A DNA stretch of 32,000 nucleotides from Psychrobacter sp. DM4 (GTDB lineage: Bacteria; Pseudomonadota; Gammaproteobacteria; Pseudomonadales; Moraxellaceae): the NCBI RefSeq assembly GCF_051307035.1, contig NZ_CP195536.1, positions 2,520,001 through 2,552,000 of the forward strand, read 5' to 3'. Made by a program: the position numbers and the translations under genes. Below, in pieces: positions 10,614 through 18,649 of this stretch. Each line of letters opens with the position of its first letter. The first letter of the stretch is position 1. The notes under the pieces are model-generated. The model was not told the origin of the DNA and ran no database searches. It saw only the letters and a list, made by a program, of their open reading frames with translations.

Positions 10614-11657
10614 TTACTTCTTGGCAATGATGGTCGCGCGCTTCGGCGCAGGATAGCCTTCAACAGTTTTGGTGTGATCATTAGGATCTAAGAAATCAGC
10701 GAGCGATTGATACGTCATCCACTCGGTTGCTCGTTGTTCTTCAATTGTAGTCACATCCACATCGACACAGCGCACATCGCTAAATCCTGCCTTCTCTAAC
10801 CAGCCAATAAGCGCCGCCACCGATGGCAAAAAATACACGTTATTCATCTGCGCATATCTATCATGTGGTACAAGTACGGTATTAGTATCCCCATCAATCA
10901 CTAACGTCTCAAGTACCAATTCACCGCCTTTTACCAGCTGCCCTTTGAGCTGTTGCAAGTGCTCAAACGGTGACTGACGATGATACAGCACTCCCATGCT
11001 AAATACCGTATCAAATAGCTGACTGCCTTGGTCGCTACTGGCAGGCAATGCCTCTAGCGGTACAGGAATATAGTGCGTTCGATAAGCGTCAGCTGCGCCA
11101 ATAAAATGCCGAATCGCCATAAACTGATGATAAAACAGACATGACGGATCAACGATAATGACCGTATCCGCACCAGCGCCTGCCATACGCCAACCATGAT
11201 ACCCAGAGCCGCCACCGACATCGAGCACGCGCCGACCTTTTAGCGTGCCCAAATGCGGTACGACCCGTTGCCATTTCCAATCACTGTGCCATTCAGTATC
11301 AATCTGAATACCTGACTCATCATCGCCAGTTTGACCGCCAATTTGAAACGGCCCTTTGCGCCATGGCATGAGCTGTTTTAATAGCGCTACTATTTGTTTG
11401 CGCTGAGACTCACTCAGACTTGCCTCGATCGTCAACACATCATTGTCTAGGTCGACATTATCAACGGTTAGTTCTGGCAAACGCGCCACCGCCGCTTGGT
11501 AAGCTGGCGCGTGCGCATAGTTGGCTTTGTCTTTTATATCACCCAGCCACGTTGGTAATTGCTTGAGCCACTCATAAGCGCTTGGTTGCTGCTGCGCCAG
11601 CTCCAGTAGTGTTAGATATAGTTCGCGTTCGGCGTTAGCAATGGTTTGATTGATCAT
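10614..11657 (-). CDS. cmoB: tRNA U34 carboxymethyltransferase CmoB
   Basis: LMPWRKGPF signature, SAM-binding [27 protein letters not shown], and the right length. Confidence 0.93.
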   Translation of the reverse strand: MINQTIANAERELYLTLLELAQQQPSAYEWLKQLPTWLGDIKDKANYAHAPAYQAAVARLPELTVDNVDLDNDVLTIEASLSESQRKQIVALLKQLMPWRKGPFQIGGQTGDDESGIQIDTEWHSDWKWQRVVPHLGTLKGRRVLDVGGGSGYHGWRMAGAGADTVIIVDPSCLFYHQFMAIRHFIGAADAYRTHYIPVPLEALPASSDQGSQLFDTVFSMGVLYHRQSPFEHLQQLKGQLVKGGELVLETLVIDGDTNTVLVPHDRYAQMNNVYFLPSVAALIGWLEKAGFSDVRCVDVDVTTIEEQRATEWMTYQSLADFLDPNDHTKTVEGYPAPKRATIIAKK

Positions 11658-11894
11658 AAAAGTTCAGTATTTATTTGTTGGTATGTTGGGCGATATTTTA
11701 AGGAGTGAAGGCCACAAAAGCAAAAAGATTAGCCTCTAGATTTGGGTTCTTTAAAGATGGGCAAATATGCGGGGCGTGGGACGGTTTTCTTTAACGATTT
11801 ATGCGTGCCTCGTCCCTCGGCAAGAGCTTTCGTCTTACACTCGGACGAAGCAGTGCTTTGTAGTTTCTTCGCTTCTAAGTTTCAAATTTACGGG

Positions 11895-13253
11895 TCATTC
11901 AAAAGCCATTATATTTGCTACTTCTATAATTTGGCCAATTGCTCTTTTAGTATATGGAATTTCATCCATGAAATAATAATGTTTCATGTATGAAGCCCAT
12001 TTTTTCTGCTGGTCTTCCGATACAACATAGTTTTGAGTGTTTTTATTACAATCTCTTCCAAGCACAAACATCACAAATTCGAAAACCTCTGGACGTGTGT
12101 TTCCTCCTTCCTCAAGAAAAGGGGTTTTCTCTACCCCTAAAAACTCACCTAGAGTTTTAGCGTCAATGTTACCTCTTTTAATTTGTCTCAATAATGCAGG
12201 CTGGTAGCAAACTAGCATAATGCCAATCAGTTTTAATAATGTGTGACCGATATAACGGCGCTCAACAAAAACCTCTGAATTAGAAAGACTTTGCACAATC
12301 TGTATATGTAAAACCAATGTCTCTATTTCTCTAAGCGAAAGATTTTGATGCTGAATCAAATGATAAATAGCGCTTTTAAAATAAGATGATGCCAACAAAC
12401 TTTCAGGTAGACAGCCCTTTTCTTCTATAAGAGAGACAAAGTGATAGCCTGCTGCTAAAGTAGGTGAACCTGACACTCTATCGGCATGAGAAGATAGTTC
12501 AAATCTATACTTTATAAACTTATCTAAGTAGCGTTGTGCATCAACTGCCTGACCATAACAATGATTTATAGAAGCTCTCAACTGCTGGGTATTAGTTATA
12601 AGTACAAAGCTAACACCTTCAACATCGAACGTGTGCTTGATTATCTCAAGCATATCGACTGCGAAGTTTGGTCTACAACGATCAAGTTCATCTATAAATA
12701 TAACGATAGGATTTTGAGATGCAATCGCTGTTAGAGTAGTTTGCAATGTTTGTAAACTCTTTTCTGCTTCCACATGATCTTTAAGTATTAGCTCTGCTGT
12801 TTTGTCGATTGAATCATCAGCTACTTTCTGAATCACCTCATCGAAATCGTTTATAATATCCGTAAAGTCTTGTCTTAAAAGATGAGAAATACCAGCCTTA
12901 GCTACTGTTTTAAGAGTATAACGTACAGCTGGCAATACTCTATTTATAAAAGCCTTTCTACGTGGACCTTCAGGCAATATTTTAATAATTTCTGCTAGTA
13001 CAGTCATCAAAGGCTCATCAACATGATCAGCTTTGAAAGCGTCAATATAAATTATATTGTGTGTACTATCTTCTTTCATTAGATTAATAAGTTTATGACA
13101 AAATTCAGTCTTACCTGTGCCCCAACTACCGTCAATGACCGTTGGTGAAATATCTATATCAGACTTTAAAAGCTTAATAGCTTTCTCAGCGATGCTTTTA
13201 CGCTTAAATTCGTCACGATCATCAAAAGTTTTTGTTGTAATATCCATATCCAT
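11895..13253 (-). CDS. KAP-family P-loop NTPase, apparently soluble and standing alone
   Basis: Walker A in VIDGSWGTGKTEF, Walker B-like PIVIFIDELDRCRP, and the KAP-typical N-terminal layout (FKRKSIAEKAIKLL...). AT-rich relative to its neighbours: 28-42% G+C in four hand-counted 60-nt samples. Confidence 0.85.
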   Translation of the reverse strand: MDMDITTKTFDDRDEFKRKSIAEKAIKLLKSDIDISPTVIDGSWGTGKTEFCHKLINLMKEDSTHNIIYIDAFKADHVDEPLMTVLAEIIKILPEGPRRKAFINRVLPAVRYTLKTVAKAGISHLLRQDFTDIINDFDEVIQKVADDSIDKTAELILKDHVEAEKSLQTLQTTLTAIASQNPIVIFIDELDRCRPNFAVDMLEIIKHTFDVEGVSFVLITNTQQLRASINHCYGQAVDAQRYLDKFIKYRFELSSHADRVSGSPTLAAGYHFVSLIEEKGCLPESLLASSYFKSAIYHLIQHQNLSLREIETLVLHIQIVQSLSNSEVFVERRYIGHTLLKLIGIMLVCYQPALLRQIKRGNIDAKTLGEFLGVEKTPFLEEGGNTRPEVFEFVMFVLGRDCNKNTQNYVVSEDQQKKWASYMKHYYFMDEIPYTKRAIGQIIEVANIMAFE

Positions 13254-13270
13254 TTTATAGTTCTCTTCTA

Positions 13271-13300
13271 ATTACAATCTAAATCAGTAAAAACATGCAA
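13271..13300 (-). promoter_or_regulatory. Candidate sigma70 promoter for the KAP NTPase gene
   Basis: The minus strand reads TTGCAT-N18-TGTAAT. The -10 element ends only 17 nt before the ATG, so the leader would be very short. Read-through from cmoA is an alternative source of transcription. Confidence 0.25.
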
Positions 13301-13304
13301 TGCC

Positions 13305-13370
13305 GTAGGGTGCGCCCAGCGCACCCATTTAAAAAGATGGTTGTTTATCGGTGCGCTGGACTCACCCTAC
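13305..13370. repeat. REPIN-like pair of inverted REP-type repeats (GTAGGGTG..CCAGCGCACC)
   Basis: 8 bp (13305-13312 with 13363-13370) plus 10 bp (13316-13325 with 13350-13359) pair across a 24-nt loop. The left copy is itself a perfect 8-bp palindrome, GGGTGCGC-cca-GCGCACCC (13308-13326). Confidence 0.5.
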
Positions 13371-13454
13371 AAGACTTCAGTTTTTTAGTAAGATAAAGCT
13401 TTAACTACGGCGAATATAATCACGAGAGCGATGTCACCGCTAGCCCTGACTGAA

Positions 13455-13568
13455 GCGGTTATCCTGTCATAACTGCTAGGTTGCAAAGGCTTGGCGGGTC
13501 AGGGTGTCGCGGTAGCAGCAACCTGTCCCGCCTATAGCCGTGCCCTAGCAGTTATGGCAGATAATAGC
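13455..13568. other. 114-nt rod-like imperfect palindrome (structured RNA or MITE/REPIN-type element), identity unknown
   Basis: 17 consecutive pairs (13464-13480 with 13544-13560, including one G-U). An inner GC-rich stem pairs 10 of 11 positions (13493-13503 with 13522-13532). There is a 3-bp bridge (13488-13490 with 13537-13539). Outer pairs run 13455-13463 with 13560-13568, and weaker pairing extends to 13439/13584. Confidence 0.5.
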
Positions 13569-13610
13569 GGACGGCAGGAGCAGCTCCCACTATTTATTCA
13601 AAACAAAACC

Positions 13611-14393
13611 CTATTTAAACGCCACAATAGAAACAAAATTTAAAAACTGAAACCATGTCAAATGCCGCTTGAAACCAACTTGTGCCAGACGTGCATGATG
13701 CTCATCCAAAGTATCGGTAATCAGGACGTTTTCTAGCGCATTACGCTTGCCGCTGATTTCCATCTCGGTATAGCCGTTGGCGCGTTTAAAATCATAATAA
13801 CGCTCAACCAACCACGCATCGTATTGTTCATCAAAAGCATGGGTCTTTTCGGTCAACACCAATATGCCGCCCTCGCTCAGCGCATTATAAATAGTCTCTA
13901 ATACCGCTACCCTATCGGCTGCGGGTAAAAACTGTAAGGTTAAGTTTAAAATTACCATGTCACAGGGTTCAAGCTCGACATCACGAATATCAGCGGTAAT
14001 CACTTCAATATCGTGCTCAGGATAATTATCCTTAAGTAAAGTGGTCGCCTCGTTTGTCATCGCAGGCGAGATATCTATCGCTTTAATCTGTAAGTCTTGC
14101 GGCTCAAACTCGCCCGCCAGCGTCATACTGGCCGCGCCAAGTGAACAGCCCAAATCATAAATTCGGCTGACACGGCCTTTGTCACTCTGTTGACGATACT
14201 TACAATGACGACGGGCAAATATGGGCAGCATCGCTAGCACTTGACCGTAACCTGGCACACTACGGCGGATCATATCAGGGAAACAAGCCACCACTTGCTC
14301 ATCGAAAGAAAAGCGCGCCGCTTTGTCTAGTGGTGTAGTAAACGGTTTATCAAATAGGGTGTCATGTTTGATGGCAGGCTTGGATTGGCTCAT
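13611..14393 (-). CDS. cmoA: Carboxy-S-adenosyl-L-methionine synthase CmoA
   Basis: [23 protein letters not shown]-binding YDLGCSLGA, and NLTLQFL. Length and sequence are typical of CmoA. Confidence 0.93.
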   Translation of the reverse strand: MSQSKPAIKHDTLFDKPFTTPLDKAARFSFDEQVVACFPDMIRRSVPGYGQVLAMLPIFARRHCKYRQQSDKGRVSRIYDLGCSLGAASMTLAGEFEPQDLQIKAIDISPAMTNEATTLLKDNYPEHDIEVITADIRDVELEPCDMVILNLTLQFLPAADRVAVLETIYNALSEGGILVLTEKTHAFDEQYDAWLVERYYDFKRANGYTEMEISGKRNALENVLITDTLDEHHARLAQVGFKRHLTWFQFLNFVSIVAFK

Positions 14394-14617
14394 GGTGCGA
14401 CTCGTTGTGGCAGTATCGTTGTTGAATACGCATTACAGACAGTAAAGGTAGCAAACGCACATTATAACATTACTGTTTGTTACTTATTGCATTTGGTACG
14501 CCTGCTACTCTAAACGGGTACGGCTAAGGTCAGTGAACCATTGAAAATCAAGCATTTGCAACCATATAAAGACCTTAGCTCACATTTATAACAACAGATA
14601 TAATAAAAGGAAAAACT

Positions 14618-15139
14618 ATGCAAACCATTATATTAGGCGGTGGCTGTTTTTGGTGCACCGAATCGGTATTTTTATCGGTAAAAGGCGTACAATCTGTCGT
14701 CTCAGGCTATATGGGCGGGGACGCAGCTACGGCTAATTATCGCGCTGTTTGCGGCGGTAATAGTGGTCATATCGAAGTCGTCAAAGTAGAGTATGATGAC
14801 TCTGTCGTACCGTTAGAAGTCATCCTTGACGTATTTTTTGCCACTCATGATCCCACTACAATGGATCGTCAAGGCAATGATGTCGGTAGTCAGTATCGTA
14901 GCGCAGTGTTTTACACCGACGAAGATCAAAAACCAACTGTTGATCGCACGATTAATAAACTGCGTGACATGGGTCTGGACATCGTCACTGAAGTCCATCC
15001 CGCTGTAGAATTTTATGATGCTGAAGAGGAACATCAAGATTTCTTTAACAGAAACCCTAATCAGGCGTATTGTAACTTCTCTATTCCACCCAAACTTGCC
15101 AAACTACGTAAAGAGTTTAGCCAGTACATGGTCGCTTAA
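14618..15139 (+). CDS. msrA: Peptide-methionine (S)-S-oxide reductase MsrA
   Basis: Catalytic GGGCFWC motif at the N-terminus, GHIEVVKVEYD, and DPTTMDRQGNDVGSQYRS. Confidence 0.95.
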   Translation: MQTIILGGGCFWCTESVFLSVKGVQSVVSGYMGGDAATANYRAVCGGNSGHIEVVKVEYDDSVVPLEVILDVFFATHDPTTMDRQGNDVGSQYRSAVFYTDEDQKPTVDRTINKLRDMGLDIVTEVHPAVEFYDAEEEHQDFFNRNPNQAYCNFSIPPKLAKLRKEFSQYMVA

Positions 15140-15165
15140 ACGCTTAAAGCTGTTAATGATTGATA

Positions 15166-15196
15166 AAGCCAAGGGTTGATACGCTTGGCTTTTTTG
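15166..15196 (+). terminator. Rho-independent terminator after msrA
   Basis: AAGCCAAG / CTTGGCTT stem with a 10-nt loop, followed by TTTTTT. Confidence 0.65.
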
Positions 15197-15264
15197 TTGC
15201 ATTTAGCGCTATGATAGCTAGCGATGACAACTATGTCTGACTGCAATATTTTAGGAGTAATCTT

Positions 15265-15945
15265 ATGAATCCAGAGTTTTGGCAAGCGCGTTGGGGTGAG
15301 GGTCGTAACGGCTTTCATAAGTCTGAGGTCAATCCGTTGTTGCTCAAATATTTTTCAGCTTTAAAGCTAAAAAAAGGTAGCCGAGTATTAGTGCCTTTAA
15401 GCGGTAAATCATTGGATATGGCATGGTTAGCCGCGCAGGGTTACGAGGTCGTTGGTATTGAGCTGGTCGAATCTGCGGTACAAGAGTTCTTCGCTGAACA
15501 TAGTATCTTGCCAACTATACATTAGCATGCGGATAATCCAGCTGTTAGGGATTATCAGGGTCAATTGGCAGGACAAATTATAACCTTATGGGTTGCTGAT
15601 ATCTTTGCGCTCGGTGCTGATGATATAGGTCATATTGATGCAATTTATGATCGAGCCGCGCTAATCGCTCTACCGCCTGATGTGCGTCCAAAATATAGCG
15701 AACATATCCGTCAGATAACTCCTAACGCGCCGCAACTACTGATCACTCTTGATTATGATCAAAACCAAAAAGACGGCCCGCCATTTTCTGTTAGCCTTGA
15801 GCAAGTAGAGCGGTATTATAGTAATCATTATCAAGTTACTGAGCTTGAAAGTAACCCCTCAATGTTAAATGCCAACGCAGCCCTTAGCGTCAGCGAGCAG
15901 GTTTGGTTGTTGAGCCATCGACGAGAAGCTAAATTAAACGCTTAA
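15265..15945 (+). pseudogene. tpm: Thiopurine S-methyltransferase (Tpm/TPMT family) interrupted by one in-frame TAG at 15523-15525
   Basis: ORFs 15265..15525 and 15565..15945 are in the same frame. Together they align along the whole length of Pseudomonas Tpm as I recall it (EFWQARW...GFH, VLVPLSGKSLDMAWLA, IYDRAALIALP, LITLDYDQ...GPPFSV). The only disruption is a single amber codon. Confidence 0.8.
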
Positions 15946-15975
15946 ATGGTGAGTAAATAACTAAAGAGAAGTCCT

Positions 15976-16689
15976 ATGAAAATTGTCGTTAGTCTTATGA
16001 GTGTCATCGCTTTTCTATTAGTGCTACTCCCGGGCCCACTCTATAAGTTTGGTATCGTCGATTTGGGGACGGCGTTTGCAGGCTTTACTTTTGGCATGAT
16101 GGCAGGCGGTATCGCGCTGATTATGCTGATCTTACAAACCCTATTTAAACGGGACACGCTCACTACAAGCAGCGTTGTGATAGCCGTTACGTTATCTCTG
16201 ATTGCGATTATCATACCGCTAGGTATGCTCAGTACCGCCAAAAGCGTCCCGCCCATTCATGATATCTCAACCGATATAGTCAATCCGCCAGAATTTGTCG
16301 CTATTGCTCCACTACGCGCTGATGCGCCCAATCCCGTCGAATACGCGGGTAGCGAGACTGCCGAGCAACAACGCAAAGCTTATCCTGAACTGCAAACCTT
16401 AACTTATACGCAATCAAAGTCAGAACTAATGGAAGCTAGCGAACAAGCCGTCAATAATTTGGGCTGGGAGCTTGTCAATACGGATACAAGCGCAGGTATC
16501 GTTGAAGCGACAGACACTACGGTTTGGTTCGGTTTTAAAGATGATGTTGTCGTTCGCGTGACAGACAATGGCGATGAGCGTTTGCTCGATATTCGCAGTA
16601 AATCACGGATTGGCGGTAGTGATTTGGGTAAGAATGCGGCGCGTATTCGTGACTTTATTAAAGCGTTAGATGAGGTTTTGGGAGAGTAG
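15976..16689 (+). CDS. DUF1499 domain-containing membrane protein
   Basis: Three N-terminal TM helices, then a C-terminal region (VWFGFKDDVVVRV...DIRSKSRIGGSDLGKNAARIRDFIKAL) typical of DUF1499. Confidence 0.75.
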   Translation: MKIVVSLMSVIAFLLVLLPGPLYKFGIVDLGTAFAGFTFGMMAGGIALIMLILQTLFKRDTLTTSSVVIAVTLSLIAIIIPLGMLSTAKSVPPIHDISTDIVNPPEFVAIAPLRADAPNPVEYAGSETAEQQRKAYPELQTLTYTQSKSELMEASEQAVNNLGWELVNTDTSAGIVEATDTTVWFGFKDDVVVRVTDNGDERLLDIRSKSRIGGSDLGKNAARIRDFIKALDEVLGE

Positions 16690-16817
16690 GTTTTTGATAG
16701 TAGAAACACATTCGCCTAATTCTGATAGTGTATTTCTTTTCCATTATGGCAATGACCTGCTACCCAAAAAGATAGCAAAGACTTTAGACTATTAAGTGAA
16801 ACCTTTTGCAAAGTTGC

Positions 16818-17906
16818 TTATAACCAAACTGCTACTTTCTCAAAACCTTGTTGTATGGCCATATCCGCCACCATCAGCGCTCTAGAACCACTGGCACAGG
16901 TAAAGACTAGGCGTTTGTCTCTGGGTAGTGTGCGCAAGCTTTGGGCATTATAATTAGGATCTGATTGGTTTATAGGTTGGTGCTGATCACAAAACTTTGG
17001 CTGCTGCGCAACTTCAGCGCTGCTACGGACATCAATTATCCAATCCTGATCAGCATTTTTGTTTGTACTATCGTCTTGTCGAATATCGCTTTTTGCAATA
17101 ATCTTTACACAATTCTCAGGTTCAGTTGCACCTGTAAAATCAATAATGGTCTGACGATAACTCCACATATCTAAACTGAGTAAACGTCCTGCCAGTTGGT
17201 GTTTATCTTGCACTACCACTTTTATCACTTCTTGAGCTTGTAATATACCCATTATACCTGCAGCCGTTCCTATCACACCTACACTGTTGCAGTTCTGATC
17301 TGCAGGAGGTGGGCTTGGGAAGATAGCTCTCATACTTGGACAGTCAGACTGTCCTTTGATACTAGAATGGCAAAACACCCCTACATATCCCGTCACACCC
17401 ATCACTGATGCTGATACTAATGGCTTACGGGTTTTTAGACAAAAATCACTAAGTAGGTAACTCAAAGCAAAGTTATCAGAGGCATCGACAATCACAGTAG
17501 CTTCTGCTAGCAGATCATCAATGTTACTAGCAGTCAGTCTGAGGTTATGGCTGATAATTTCTATATCGTAATTTAGTTGTATGAGCGTGTCTCTAGCTGT
17601 CTCAGCCTTGTAATGGTCGATATCAGCTTCGCGGTATAAAATTTGTCGATGCAAATTTGTCAAACTGACTATGTCATGGTCAATTAAAGTTAGTTTACCT
17701 ACACCAGCACCTGCCAAATAAAGGCTTGCAGGAGAGCCTAGCCCGCCCATACCAACGATAGCGACATGACTATCTAAAAGTCTTTGCTGCCCAAGTAACT
17801 TAAGTTGTGATACTCCTATTTGGCGCTGATACCGATCTTGTACTTGGTTGTAGGAGCGCTCAAGGTCTAGGATGTTGTGTCCAGCTATCTTATTCATTGC
17901 AGTCAC
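16818..17906 (-). CDS. thiF: ThiF/MoeB-type adenylyltransferase fused to a C-terminal rhodanese-like domain
   Basis: Nucleotide-binding VGMGGLGSPASLYLAGAGVG and the LHRQ motif. The C-terminus WIIDVRS...FTCASGSRA contains a rhodanese CX4R active-site loop. It is the last gene of the thi operon, with a 4-nt overlap with thiE. Confidence 0.8.
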   Translation of the reverse strand: MTAMNKIAGHNILDLERSYNQVQDRYQRQIGVSQLKLLGQQRLLDSHVAIVGMGGLGSPASLYLAGAGVGKLTLIDHDIVSLTNLHRQILYREADIDHYKAETARDTLIQLNYDIEIISHNLRLTASNIDDLLAEATVIVDASDNFALSYLLSDFCLKTRKPLVSASVMGVTGYVGVFCHSSIKGQSDCPSMRAIFPSPPPADQNCNSVGVIGTAAGIMGILQAQEVIKVVVQDKHQLAGRLLSLDMWSYRQTIIDFTGATEPENCVKIIAKSDIRQDDSTNKNADQDWIIDVRSSAEVAQQPKFCDQHQPINQSDPNYNAQSLRTLPRDKRLVFTCASGSRALMVADMAIQQGFEKVAVWL

Positions 17907-18502
17907 TTTGCCCTATCCAACCATTGTTTTAGGCGCATTTCAGGATTTTTGTTTTTGAGGACATCACTGACCACACTTATACAGTCTGCACCAGCATCAT
18001 AGACGCCCTGAGCACGTTCAATAGTCAAGCCCCCTATCCCAACTAAAGGTATATCACCGATAGCATGCTTCCATTCACGAACCCGATCAAGCCCTTGCGG
18101 TTGCCAACGCATCTTTTTTAGAGTGGTCTCATAGACGGGTCCTAAAGCAATATAGTCAGGCTTGATTGCTAAGGCAATTTGCAACTCTTCGCTGCTATGC
18201 GTACTGATGCCCAGCTTCATGCCAGCTGCTTTTATTTTATCCACATCAGCATGTACTAAGTCTTCTTGACCAAGATGTAAATAGTCGCAACTTGCCTCAA
18301 GGGCTAATTCCCAATAATCATTAATCACCAACTGGCAGTCTACAGCTTCACACTGTTTTTTTGCTTCAATAATTTGCTGCATAATAACTGCTTTAGGTTT
18401 ATCTTTAAGGCGCAGCTGCACCAATCTTACTCCAAGTGGCAACAACCGAGGCAGCCATGATACGTCATCTACAATCAAATAAAACTTTGGAAAATTTTTC
18501 AT
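17903..18502 (-). CDS. thiE: Thiamine-phosphate synthase ThiE
   Basis: FYLIVDD, VQLRLKD, STHS, YIALGPV and VGIGG motifs. I chose the ATG at 18502 (MKNFPKFY...). The ORF track extends to a TTG at 18532, which cannot be excluded. Confidence 0.85.
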   Translation of the reverse strand: MKNFPKFYLIVDDVSWLPRLLPLGVRLVQLRLKDKPKAVIMQQIIEAKKQCEAVDCQLVINDYWELALEASCDYLHLGQEDLVHADVDKIKAAGMKLGISTHSSEELQIALAIKPDYIALGPVYETTLKKMRWQPQGLDRVREWKHAIGDIPLVGIGGLTIERAQGVYDAGADCISVVSDVLKNKNPEMRLKQWLDRAK

Positions 18503-18649
18503 TGTTTTAGGTCTGCTCGTTTTGACGATCAACGCTCAATGAATTAAGAGTAGGGTCTGTTGACTACACTTAGCTCATTTACGTCGAACTTTTATAAGGT
18601 GTCAGGATGACTAAGTTTACCTCAAAGAAATAACGAGAGCTAGAATACC

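Noticed and set aside
11742-11993. Plus-strand ORFs 11742..11993 and 11767..11976 at the KAP 3' flank.
   Set aside because: They overlap the KAP stop region in antisense, have no ribosome-binding site, and translate to implausible Cys/Phe-rich sequences. The region is better explained by hairpins.
13493-13532. The apex of the long hairpin reads GGUCAGG-N10-AGCAGC. The motifs and their spacing match the SRP (4.5S) RNA domain IV, and the 114-nt rod shape also resembles 4.5S RNA.
   Set aside because: The 10 nt in between (GUGUCGCGGU) cannot form the conserved 3-bp stem plus GNRA/GGAA tetraloop. CAGG here is simply Watson-Crick paired with CCUG (13522-13525) instead of forming the symmetric loop with AGCA. 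A real ffs gene would be far more conserved, so I judge this a coincidence. An Rfam cmscan (RF00169) would settle it.
13455-13568. Possible integron attC site (imperfect palindrome with ATAAC...GTTAT cores) that would make the KAP gene a gene cassette.
   Set aside because: The cores do not fit RYYYAAC/GTTRRRY well (TCATAAC / GTTATGG). No intI, attI or neighbouring cassettes are present, and the context is a housekeeping operon.
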